This document shows positions 7,688 through 15,394 of a stretch of DNA of 64,000 nucleotides, in pieces (the stretch's first letter is position 1; each line of letters opens with the position of its first letter). The notes beneath the pieces were generated by a model. The model was not told the origin of the DNA. It searched no databases and saw only the letters and a list, made by a program, of their open reading frames with translations. This DNA comes from Solirubrobacterales bacterium (GTDB lineage Bacteria; Actinomycetota; Thermoleophilia; Solirubrobacterales; 70-9), in assembly GCA_033856515.1 (NCBI GenBank), contig JAWVEY010000008.1, forward strand, positions 52,818 through 116,817, written 5' to 3'. The position numbers and the translations under genes were made by a program.

Positions 7688-8995
7688 CTAAAGCGGGAAG
7701 TCCTCGCCCAGGAGGAGGCGCCGAGTCAGGTGCATCGCGAGGAGCGCCGAGCGCTCACGCACGTCCGCTCGCGTCCCTGGCATGACGGGATCGCGGGCGA
7801 TCATCTGCCCGTCAGCGGTCTTTACGCACACGCAGACGTAGCCGACGGGCTTCTCCTCGGTGCCACCCGAGGGCCCGGCGATGCCCGTGATGCCGACGGC
7901 GATGTCCGCGTCGTACTGCTCGAGCGCGCCGTCAGCCATCGCCTCCGCGACCTCGGGCGAGACGGCTCCGTGCTCGGCGATCCGCTCGGCCGGAACGCCC
8001 AGCACCTTGGTCTTCGACTCGTTCGTGTAGGTCACCGCGCCACCCATGACGTACGCAGAGGCTCCATCGAGCTCCGTCAGGCGAGCCGCGAGAAGCCCGC
8101 CGGTGCAAGACTCGGCCGTCGCGATCCGATGCCCCGCGAGGAGGTTCGCCAGCTGCGAATCGATCGTCTCGCCGTCGCGGCTGAAGAGGAACCGGCCGTG
8201 ACGCTTGTCGATGCCCGCAATCAGCTGCGCGAGCGCCTCCTCGGCACCCGGGCGGTGGCGCACTTCGATCTCGAGCTCCCCCTTGCGGAGGCAGGTGGTG
8301 ATCTCGAGCTGGTCGATTGCAACGCCCTCGTCCTCGATCTCGCGAAGGCTCTTGGCGATCTCGGACTCGGGAATGCCGAAGAGGCGCAGCATCACGCCCA
8401 AGTACGGCTCGGCCCGTTCCAAGACGGTGCGGACGAGGTCCGTCGCGACCGCCTTTGGCCACATTGCGTGAAGCTCGCGTGGCGGCCCCGGCATCACGAC
8501 CACGACGGGCCCATCGTCGACAGGGACGACCAGCCCGGGCGCGGTGCCCGCCGGGTCGATGAGCGTGGAGCCCTTGGGCACCACGGCCTGCTTCCGGTTC
8601 GCCTCGCGTAGCGCCTCCGGATCGAAATTGAGCCGGCGAGCGAAGCTCGCGAGGATCTTCGCGATCTTCTCCTCCATGCCCTCGTCGAGCACCATCTCGC
8701 GCCCGGCGAACTTGCCTACGACCTGCGCGGTGAGGTCGTCAGCCGTAGGCCCCAGGCCTCCGCTGGTGACGATCAGGTCCATGCCGTCATCGCCAAGGAA
8801 CCGGAGGGCCTGTTCGAGGTCTGACGGCCGGTCGCCGACGACGACGATGTGGGAGACCTCCACCCCGCGCCCGGCGAGCTCCTGCGAGATCCACGGCCCG
8901 TTCTTGTCCTGGATCGTGCCTGTGATGACCTCCGTGCCGGTCACGACGATCCCCGCGCGCACGGGTTTGACGTCAGCTTCACTCACGGCGCCCAC
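7688..8995 (-). CDS. cinA: competence/damage-inducible protein CinA (MoCF-binding + nicotinamide-nucleotide amidase domains)
   Basis: N-terminal GIVVTGTEVITGTIQDKNG...TSGGLGPTADD and C-terminal PncC-like ESCTGGLLAARLT. Confidence 0.9.
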   Translation of the reverse strand: MGAVSEADVKPVRAGIVVTGTEVITGTIQDKNGPWISQELAGRGVEVSHIVVVGDRPSDLEQALRFLGDDGMDLIVTSGGLGPTADDLTAQVVGKFAGREMVLDEGMEEKIAKILASFARRLNFDPEALREANRKQAVVPKGSTLIDPAGTAPGLVVPVDDGPVVVVMPGPPRELHAMWPKAVATDLVRTVLERAEPYLGVMLRLFGIPESEIAKSLREIEDEGVAIDQLEITTCLRKGELEIEVRHRPGAEEALAQLIAGIDKRHGRFLFSRDGETIDSQLANLLAGHRIATAESCTGGLLAARLTELDGASAYVMGGAVTYTNESKTKVLGVPAERIAEHGAVSPEVAEAMADGALEQYDADIAVGITGIAGPSGGTEEKPVGYVCVCVKTADGQMIARDPVMPGTRADVRERSALLAMHLTRRLLLGEDFPL

Positions 8996-9025
8996 TCTAC
9001 GGAGGGCTCACCGCGGCGCGAGGGC

Positions 9026-10039
9026 TCAGGGCGCGATACCGAGACCTAGCGGGTTGTCGAAGCCGGATCCGTTCACGAGGGTCAGGTCCCCGTTCTTCAA
9101 GTTGACCTCGTAGAGCTCCGCGGGAAACACCCTGGTGACGTATGCCGTCTGCTTGTTCGCCACCGCCAGGCCAGCGGGCACGACACCGCTGCTCTTGAAG
9201 ATCGTCTTTGCTTTCCCGGTGTCGAGGTCGACTCGGAACATCGCGCCGGTGTAGTTGAACGCTCCGCTGTCGATCACCACGGCGCTGTGCTTGCTCTCGG
9301 AATCGACGTCCCCGAGGTCCTCGAGGTCGGGGAAGTCGCCCTTGCCTGCAATCACCTTCTGCTTCCCCGAGCTCAGGTCTACCTGGATCAGGCCGCCTCT
9401 GAGTCTGAGGTTGCTCTTGCTGCTGCCGGCGTCGGCGACGAGCGCATTTGACAAGCCGGTGTCGATGCCAAGCGGGTCGCCGATGTTCTTCCCGCCGCTG
9501 AGGAGCGACTGCTTGCCGGTCGTGAGGTTCACTTTGACCACGCGCGAGGGCTTGCCGCCAAAGTCGGTCACGTAGGCGTTGTTGCCCTTGCAGTCGATCG
9601 CGATCGGGTCAGCGAAGCGCTCCTCTCCACCGGCGGCGTCCGATATCGCGTTGTTGGAAACGACGGACTGGGCGCCGGTGATCTTGTCGATGCGGATCAC
9701 GCCCCCGTCGTCGCCGAACGCATCGCGGTCAACGACGAGGATGTTGCCGTCACCGTCGAATGCGATGCCCGCGGGGAACACGAAATTACCGCCGGTTGAT
9801 ACAGGGACCTTGACCCCGGTTTCGGGGTTGACAGCTTCGACCTGCTGGTCCAGAGAATCGGCGACGATGATGTCGCCTGAGTTCCAGAATGCGGGCGCGC
9901 CCTGGCTCGTGCTGGGCCCCCAGATCACCGCAACTCCGAGCGCGAAAACCAGCCCCGCGATCAGCTTCCCCTTGCCCTTGCGCGCCGTCCCTGTCATCAA
10001 GCCCTCCGTTGCTTTCGATCCACGCTGAACTCGGAGCAT
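9026..10039 (-). CDS. secreted beta-propeller (NHL-like repeat) protein
   Basis: Signal-like N-terminus (KLIAGLVFALGVAVIWG) and recurring blade-like segments (PAGIAFDGDGNILVVD, PIAIDCKGNNAYVTD, PLGIDTGLSNALVAD). Confidence 0.6.
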   Translation of the reverse strand: MLRVQRGSKATEGLMTGTARKGKGKLIAGLVFALGVAVIWGPSTSQGAPAFWNSGDIIVADSLDQQVEAVNPETGVKVPVSTGGNFVFPAGIAFDGDGNILVVDRDAFGDDGGVIRIDKITGAQSVVSNNAISDAAGGEERFADPIAIDCKGNNAYVTDFGGKPSRVVKVNLTTGKQSLLSGGKNIGDPLGIDTGLSNALVADAGSSKSNLRLRGGLIQVDLSSGKQKVIAGKGDFPDLEDLGDVDSESKHSAVVIDSGAFNYTGAMFRVDLDTGKAKTIFKSSGVVPAGLAVANKQTAYVTRVFPAELYEVNLKNGDLTLVNGSGFDNPLGLGIAP

Positions 10040-10046
10040 AAACCCC

Positions 10047-10556
10047 CTAGCTCAGGCGGCTCCGAGAGACGCTGAGCTCAGGCGATGCTGAGAGCGTCTG
10101 CAGAACGACGCAGTAGCGCTCGGTCAGTTTGATGAGCGTGTCGAGTTGCTCCTCGTCGGCATCCGTTTCGAGCTCGAACGCAAGCGAGATGGCCGAGAAG
10201 CCCACGGCCGCCTCGCGGTCGACTGCAAGAGTGCCCCTGAAGTCAAGGACGCCGTCCGCCTTGACCGTCCCACCCTCCACCGGGATCTCGAGCGATGTAG
10301 CAACGGAGCGAAGCGTCACACCCGCGCAGGCAGCCAGGGCCTCGAGCAGCATGTCGCCGGAGCACAACTGGGTCCCGTCGCCGCCCGTCGCGGGGTGAAG
10401 CCCGGCCTCCGCGATCGCGCGCCCGGTCTCGACGGAGCAGGAGATCCCCTCGCCCAGCGAGGCCTTTGCCGAAAGCGTGATCAAAGCGGCGTCCGGGTCT
10501 TCCTTGTAGCGCTCCTTGAGCGGCGCCTGTTTTTCCTGAAGCTCTGCTCGGTTCAA
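10047..10556 (-). CDS. OsmC family peroxiredoxin-like protein
   Basis: CSGDMLLEALAACAG and the C-terminal TERYCVV motif are typical of OsmC/Ohr. The track ORF was trimmed to the in-frame TTG at 10556, which has GAGAGGG upstream. Confidence 0.75.
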   Translation of the reverse strand: MNRAELQEKQAPLKERYKEDPDAALITLSAKASLGEGISCSVETGRAIAEAGLHPATGGDGTQLCSGDMLLEALAACAGVTLRSVATSLEIPVEGGTVKADGVLDFRGTLAVDREAAVGFSAISLAFELETDADEEQLDTLIKLTERYCVVLQTLSASPELSVSRSRLS

Positions 10557-10615
10557 AGTTCTCAGCCCTCTCGAGTCGTGAGCACCCCACGGTAGCCGCG
10601 CGATAATCCTCAGGG

Positions 10616-10702
10616 ATGCCCGAGAGGAACGTCGAGACAATTCGCGAGATCTACGCGCGCTGGGGCGAAGAGGCGCTCGCAGCAATCGGCCTCGCGAACT
10701 AG
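10616..10702 (+). pseudogene. 5' fragment of a SnoaL-like gene, inverted relative to its paralogues, truncated at the hairpin repeat
   Basis: ATG..TAG encodes MPERNVETIREIYARWGEEALAAIGLAN. The first ~16 aa match the N-termini of the three SnoaL paralogues. GATAAT lies 8 nt before the ATG, as in the paralogues. The TAG is the CTAG edge of repeat 7a. Confidence 0.5.
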
Positions 10703-10750
10703 GCGCTTCTCATCCGAAGCGGACTAGCGCTTTTTCGTCCAAAGCACCTA
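10700..10750 (-). repeat. stop-flanked hairpin repeats, tandem pair 7a/7b
   Basis: Plus strand TAGGCGCTTCTCATCCGAAGCGGACTA + GCGCTTTTTCGTCCAAAGCACCTA. Unit 7a has stem GCTTC/GAAGC (a paired change). CTA 10748-10750 is the SnoaL-2 stop codon. Confidence 0.8.
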
Positions 10751-11152
10751 GTTCGATAGTCCCGCCGCTTCAATGGCCTTCGCTACGTCCGTAGTAATGA
10801 GGAGGTGCTCGATTTGGTCACCCCGAAATCGGGCGACTGCCGCGGCCTCGACGTCAAACGGAACGCCGCTTCCCCGTCCGCGGCCCCGGAAGCGGCCGAC
10901 GGCAAGGACGCAGTCGCCAACGTCGCGAAACTGCTCGGCCGACGCGGTCATGGAGTCCCAACTGTCATCCAATGCCGCAAGCCACTCTGCAGCTGCGTCG
11001 CGGCCCGCGTAGGCGGTATTACCTTCCAGTGCCGCTCGTATCGGAACGATCTCGACGTTGGGCGCAAGAAGCATCTCGAGCGCCTCTAGGTCGCGGCGGT
11101 TGACTGCCTCGATGACAGCACGCAGCCTTTCAACGTTCCCATCTGGCATCAC
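10748..11152 (-). CDS. NTF2/SnoaL-like protein, paralogue 2
   Basis: (V)MPDGNVERLRAVIEAVNRRDLEAL... is SnoaL-like. The start is GTG 11152 or ATG 11149. Confidence 0.7.
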   Translation of the reverse strand: MMPDGNVERLRAVIEAVNRRDLEALEMLLAPNVEIVPIRAALEGNTAYAGRDAAAEWLAALDDSWDSMTASAEQFRDVGDCVLAVGRFRGRGRGSGVPFDVEAAAVARFRGDQIEHLLITTDVAKAIEAAGLSN

Positions 11153-11194
11153 CCGGCAGTATCACTCAAGAACAGTCGCTTTCGATAGGGAATA

Positions 11195-11218
11195 AACGCT
11201 TCTCGTCCAAAGCGCCTA
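11195..11218 (-). repeat. stop-flanked hairpin repeat, copy 8
   Basis: Plus strand AACGCTTCTCGTCCAAAGCGCCTA. CTA 11216-11218 is the SnoaL-3 stop codon. Minus strand GTAG-GCGCTTTGGACGAGAAGCGTT. Confidence 0.8.
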
Positions 11219-11638
11219 CTCCAAGAGCCCGGAGGCGTCGAGGGCGGCTGTCTGCCTCGGATAGAACTTCCAACGAGACATCAGACCCGCTTTGAAGGTG
11301 GCGACCTGCGCGTATTTCCCCCCGACCACCTCGATACCCGAGGAAAGCCCACGCATGGTCTGATCGAGCAGCATGACCACTCGATCACCGGCGTCGAGGA
11401 GCTCGTAGGCGAACTCGCTGGTTTCCCAAGCGCCGAGCCAGTTCCGCCAAAACGCGCTCACCTCTTCCTTGCCCCGATAGATGCCAGCCAGGCCCGGCAC
11501 GCCGAGTTCAGAGGCATCCCATTCGATTTCCGGGTCCCAGAGCGCGGTCGCCCTGGTGAGCCAGCCCTCCCAATCGGACCCGCTCGCGAGGAAGTCCTCG
11601 ATGGAGGCCCGCCACAGTTCCACGTTCTCTTCCGACAT
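11216..11638 (-). CDS. NTF2/SnoaL-like protein, paralogue 3
   Basis: MSEENVELWRASIEDFLASG... Its N-terminus and 5' leader are near-identical to paralogue 1. Confidence 0.75.
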   Translation of the reverse strand: MSEENVELWRASIEDFLASGSDWEGWLTRATALWDPEIEWDASELGVPGLAGIYRGKEEVSAFWRNWLGAWETSEFAYELLDAGDRVVMLLDQTMRGLSSGIEVVGGKYAQVATFKAGLMSRWKFYPRQTAALDASGLLE

Positions 11639-11671
11639 CGCCCGCGCAGTATCTCGCGACTCAGAGACTTA

Positions 11672-11696
11672 TGTGCTTTCCATGCAAAGCGCCTAT
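11672..11696 (-). repeat. hairpin repeat, loop variant (CCATGC), copy 9
   Basis: Plus strand TGTGCTTTCCATGCAAAGCGCCTAT. Lies ~34-58 nt upstream of the SnoaL-3 ATG. Confidence 0.7.
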
Positions 11697-11746
11697 AGCC
11701 GAGCTTTCCTCGCGGTCCGTACGTCGCGAGCGTAAGGTTCGCGCTG

Positions 11747-12430
11747 ATGCCCGATCCCACCGCCGGCCCGAAGGCGCAGAGCGCACCCGAGCTGAAAGCC
11801 CAGATCGAGGCCGAGCGCGAAGGGCGTCCGTTTCTCGTCTACCGCGATGGCGCCGGCCAGCAGGTGATCCTCCCGATCCAAGAGGGGGCCACCGAGCTGT
11901 GGGTGGGCCGGCGCGAGGTGGCCGACATCCGCCTCGACTTCGACGAGGAGGTCTCGGGCCTCCACGCCCAGATCGAGTTCGTCGGCGGTGACGGCACGCT
12001 CGTGGACGACGGCCTTTCGCGCAACGGCTCCTATGTCAACGGCGAGCGGGTCCGCGGCCGCAAGGTGCTCCGCGACGGCGACGTGATGCGCTTCGGGCGC
12101 TCCCTCGTGCTCTTTCGCGCGCCAGGTGGAGAAAGCGCCGAGGCCACCGTGATCTCGGCCGACCTCCTGGACGCCGGCGGCATCTCCCCCGCTCAGCGCC
12201 GCGTCCTAATCGCCCTCTGCCGCCCCTACAAGGACGGCGCGTCCTTTGCTACCCCGGCTTCCAACAGCCAGATCGGCGACGAGCTCCATCTGTCGGTCGA
12301 CGCCGTCAAGACCCATCTGCGAGCGCTGTTCGAGAAGTTCGACGTCACCGACCTGCCCCAGAACCGCAAGCGGGTGGCTCTCGTCGAACGCGCGCTGCAG
12401 ACCGGAATGGTCAGCGAGCGCGATCTGTAG
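11747..12430 (+). CDS. FHA domain / LuxR(GerE)-type HTH fusion regulator
   Basis: FHA core (WVGRREVADIRLDFDEEVSGLHAQIEF...GSYVNGERV...GDVMRFG) plus C-terminal HTH (SNSQIGDELHLSVDAVKTHLRALFEKF). Confidence 0.8.
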   Translation: MPDPTAGPKAQSAPELKAQIEAEREGRPFLVYRDGAGQQVILPIQEGATELWVGRREVADIRLDFDEEVSGLHAQIEFVGGDGTLVDDGLSRNGSYVNGERVRGRKVLRDGDVMRFGRSLVLFRAPGGESAEATVISADLLDAGGISPAQRRVLIALCRPYKDGASFATPASNSQIGDELHLSVDAVKTHLRALFEKFDVTDLPQNRKRVALVERALQTGMVSERDL

Positions 12431-12561
12431 GACCCCCACCAAGGGGTGAAAACGTTGCCACCCGGGGGTGCGCCGGTCCCGCCCGAGGGGGTCTACTAGT
12501 GGGCTTGTTTTGACCCGAAACTCGTTGTGTCGCATTCAACCCACAACGAAAGGACCACAAC

Positions 12562-13149
12562 ATGTTCCGCAAGATCACCACCGCCGCCGCCCTCGCCGCC
12601 GTCGCACTGGCCATTCCCGCCAGCGCCAGCGCCGAAAGCTTCGGCTCCAAGCTCAACCCCAACATTCAGCCGTCGAACGCCGGCGTCAAAGGTCACCCCT
12701 GCGTGCAGGGCGATCCCGGTGCCTGCACCCGGGTGATGATGGAGGGCTACACCAACGGCTCCGGCGTCGGCTCGCCCAAGGCCCCGCACGATGGCACGAT
12801 CGACGAGATCAAGATCATCGCCCAGGGTCCCGGCAAGTTCCGCCCGGCGCTCGCGAAGGCGAAGCCGAATGCCGAGCAGGCCCGCCTCACCTACCGCGGC
12901 TCGCAGATCGAGTACGACGGTCAGCAGGGTGGCGGCATGGATTACGACATCGAGACGTTCGACGTCAACATCCCGGTCGAGAAGGGCGAGTACCTCGCGA
13001 TCGAGTCCCGCAAGACCTCGTTCCTCCGTTGCTCCTCCGGCGGCGCGAACCAGCTCCTCTTCCAGCCCGCGCTGGACCTGGGTGGCCTGTTCGAGCCCGC
13101 CACGGACACCGATGGCTGCTGGCTGCTGATGGAAGCGGTCTACGAGTAG
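12562..13149 (+). CDS. hypothetical secreted protein
   Basis: Signal peptide MFRKITTAAALAAVALAIPASASA, GAAAGGA-like RBS, followed by a strong terminator. No family recognised. Confidence 0.6.
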   Translation: MFRKITTAAALAAVALAIPASASAESFGSKLNPNIQPSNAGVKGHPCVQGDPGACTRVMMEGYTNGSGVGSPKAPHDGTIDEIKIIAQGPGKFRPALAKAKPNAEQARLTYRGSQIEYDGQQGGGMDYDIETFDVNIPVEKGEYLAIESRKTSFLRCSSGGANQLLFQPALDLGGLFEPATDTDGCWLLMEAVYE

Positions 13150-13184
13150 CCGAGACGTCAGGCCCTGACGGGTTCAGACGGAAG

Positions 13185-13222
13185 ACGCAAAGGGGCCCCG
13201 CCTGGCGGGGCCCCTTTTGCGT
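13185..13222. terminator. bidirectional intrinsic terminator between convergent genes
   Basis: ACGCAAAGGGGCCCCGC-CTG-GCGGGGCCCCTTTTGCGT: a ~17-bp GC-rich stem with A/T runs on both sides. Confidence 0.7.
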
Positions 13223-13227
13223 TGCGT

Positions 13228-15339
13228 CTACTTCACCTCGTCCGGGTCGAGGAAGGTAAGCGTTCCCTCGTCCGACCCGGATTCGCCTCCGCTGGTAACC
13301 CAGACGCCGTTCTCATCGGTCGCGATGGCCTCGGGATTCGGTCCGACCCCGCCCACGCTGGCTTGCAGAATGTTTGTTTTTTCTTCCAGGCGCACGACGG
13401 TGTCGGTGTCGGCGCAGGTGGCCCAAATGGACCCGAAGCCAACGGCAAGCGCACGCGGCGCGGCGCACTTCTCTACATCGAGATTCACAGTGCTGACCAG
13501 GCTGCCTGCTTCTTGCCCGTCAACAGGCTCTGGCTCGGGCCGGATAATCGCGATCGCGTTGTCGTCCTCCGCGGCAACCCAGACCCGCTCGTCGCTCCCG
13601 ATCACGATCCCCATCGGCTTTGCCCCAACGCCGTCCAGGGTCGAGACGATCGCGCCCTCGGCGGTGATCCGCGAAACGGTGTCGTTGCCCGAGTTTGTGA
13701 TCCAGACACCCTTCGCGCGCTGCTCGCCTGGCTGGTCGGCGTTGCCCGCAACGGCCCGCGCCGGCTCGTCAAAGCCAGGAAGGGTCAGATCCGCCTCGTT
13801 GGTCAGAGGGTTCAGGTTCAGTAACGAGGTGGTATTCGAGTCGCTGTTCAGGGCCCATACAAGGTCGGCACCGCCGGCCACGATGCCGTTTGGTCCCGAT
13901 CCCACCGAGATCTCCGCGACTCGGCTTCCGTCCGGATCAAACCGCACGACAGCACCTTTTCCACCGCCCTTGTCAACCGTAACCCAGGCATTGCCGTCGT
14001 CCGTGAACGTGATCTGACCGCCCGCGCCACCGAGCTTGATCGGCTGGCCGATCTCCTCGCCGGTCCCAGCCTTGAGCCGAGTCAGAGCTTGCCCCCTCGC
14101 CGACGACACCCACACCACTCCGTCGTCGATCGCGACCCCTACCGGTTCAGCTGGCACCTCGAACGAGGCAAGCTCGCCGGAACCGCCACCTCCACCTCCT
14201 CGGTCCGGATCCTCTGCTTCGTCTGGCGATTCCCCGTCCATCAGAACGAAGGCGCCCGCCGCGAGCGCAGCGACCACCAAGGCTCCGCCCAGGATTCGCC
14301 CCCAGGGACGCTGGCGCGCCGTGGCAGCCGCGGACGGTGCAGTCGCAAGAGTCGGCTCGTCGGGCACCTCGCTCTCGCGGGTCGACGGCGGCTCGGCCTC
14401 GACTGTCTCCACAGGCTCGTCCGGAGTAACCGTTTCGAGAGTCTGCGTCAGCGCCGCCGCCCCCACTCCGACGCTGCGCTCCTCCTGGGAAGGCTTGCGG
14501 CCCTCCACCGCCGCGGCCGCCGCGCGCGCGAAGTCGCCGGCCGATGGGTGGCGATCGTCCGGGTCCTTCGACAACGCACGATCGATGACGTCTGAGAGCT
14601 CTTGGGGCACCTCCGAAGTGAAGTCCGCCAGCGGCACCGGCGTGTCCTGGAGGTGGGCGTAGAGCTTCGCAACCTGCTCTTCGTGGACGGAAAACGGAGA
14701 CTCACCCGAGAGCAGCTCGTAGGTGACGCAGGCCAGCGCGTAGACGTCGGTTCGCGCGTCGAGGCGCTGGCCGCGGATCTGTTCCGGCGCGGAGTAGTCC
14801 AGCGTGCCCACGAAGGCGCCCGAGGCCGTGAGGCCGCTGGTCGCGTCCATCTGCTTCGAGAGCCCGAAGTCGGTGAGGAAGACGTGGCGGGTGCCTTCGC
14901 GCTCGCCGATCAGGACGTTCCCGGGCTTGATGTCGCGGTGGACTAGGCCCTTCGCGTGTGCCGCGTCGAGTGCGGAGGCGACCTGCCTGACGACGTCCAC
15001 CGTCTCCTCAGGCTGTAGCCGCCCTTCACGGTTCAGAAGGCCTCGCAGGTCGGATCCCTCGATGAAGTCCATCGTCACGAAGAGCAGCCCGTCCTCCTCG
15101 CCGGCGTTGTGGACGGCGACCACGTTCGGGTGGCGAATCGACACCGCGATCCGCGACTCGGACTTGAATCGCTCGCGGAAGGCCTCCTCTCCGGCGCGGG
15201 CGCTCGAGATCAGCTTCAGCGCGACTACGTGGTCAAGCGCAATGTGCCGAGCACGGTAGACCACGCCGAATCCGCCGCGCCCCGCGATCCCCTCGATCCG
15301 GTGGCCGGCGAACTCGCTCCCAGGACTAAGTTCGGCCAT
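13228..15339 (-). CDS. Ser/Thr protein kinase with TM segment and extracytoplasmic beta-propeller domain
   Basis: Hanks kinase motifs (VALK, HRDIKPGNVLI, DFGLSK, SAPE), a TM segment (ILGGALVVAALAAGAFVL), and ~7 blade-like repeats (GVWVTSGG, RVWVAAEDDNAIAII, GVWITNSGNDTVSRI...). Confidence 0.9.
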   Translation of the reverse strand: MAELSPGSEFAGHRIEGIAGRGGFGVVYRARHIALDHVVALKLISSARAGEEAFRERFKSESRIAVSIRHPNVVAVHNAGEEDGLLFVTMDFIEGSDLRGLLNREGRLQPEETVDVVRQVASALDAAHAKGLVHRDIKPGNVLIGEREGTRHVFLTDFGLSKQMDATSGLTASGAFVGTLDYSAPEQIRGQRLDARTDVYALACVTYELLSGESPFSVHEEQVAKLYAHLQDTPVPLADFTSEVPQELSDVIDRALSKDPDDRHPSAGDFARAAAAAVEGRKPSQEERSVGVGAAALTQTLETVTPDEPVETVEAEPPSTRESEVPDEPTLATAPSAAATARQRPWGRILGGALVVAALAAGAFVLMDGESPDEAEDPDRGGGGGGSGELASFEVPAEPVGVAIDDGVVWVSSARGQALTRLKAGTGEEIGQPIKLGGAGGQITFTDDGNAWVTVDKGGGKGAVVRFDPDGSRVAEISVGSGPNGIVAGGADLVWALNSDSNTTSLLNLNPLTNEADLTLPGFDEPARAVAGNADQPGEQRAKGVWITNSGNDTVSRITAEGAIVSTLDGVGAKPMGIVIGSDERVWVAAEDDNAIAIIRPEPEPVDGQEAGSLVSTVNLDVEKCAAPRALAVGFGSIWATCADTDTVVRLEEKTNILQASVGGVGPNPEAIATDENGVWVTSGGESGSDEGTLTFLDPDEVK

Positions 15340-15394
15340 CTCCCGGGATTATTCCGTGACCGGCCGCTGACAAGCGACCACGTTCGGCCGAGTG

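Noticed and set aside
10748-11218. TAG stop followed by a hairpin as a recoding signal (PYLIS-like read-through).
   Set aside because: Further in-frame or nearby stops (TAG/TAA at the far side of the hairpin) would end any read-through after a few codons. The extensions differ between copies. No pyl genes are visible. The same element also occurs 5' of genes and 50-95 nt past stops.
686-11696. Hairpin repeats as integron attC sites, with the small genes forming a classical integron cassette array.
   Set aside because: The conserved unit is only ~25-30 nt, whereas attC sites are usually at least 55 nt with R/L boxes. There is no GTTRRRY core, and no intI or attI is in the window. The two repeat clusters are separated by core genes (recA to cinA). 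It is kept only as an analogy in the findings.
686-11696. Hairpin repeats as a CRISPR array.
   Set aside because: Spacing is gene-sized and irregular (about 0.4-1.3 kb, plus a 6.4-kb gap). The sequence between repeats is clearly coding, and no cas genes are present.
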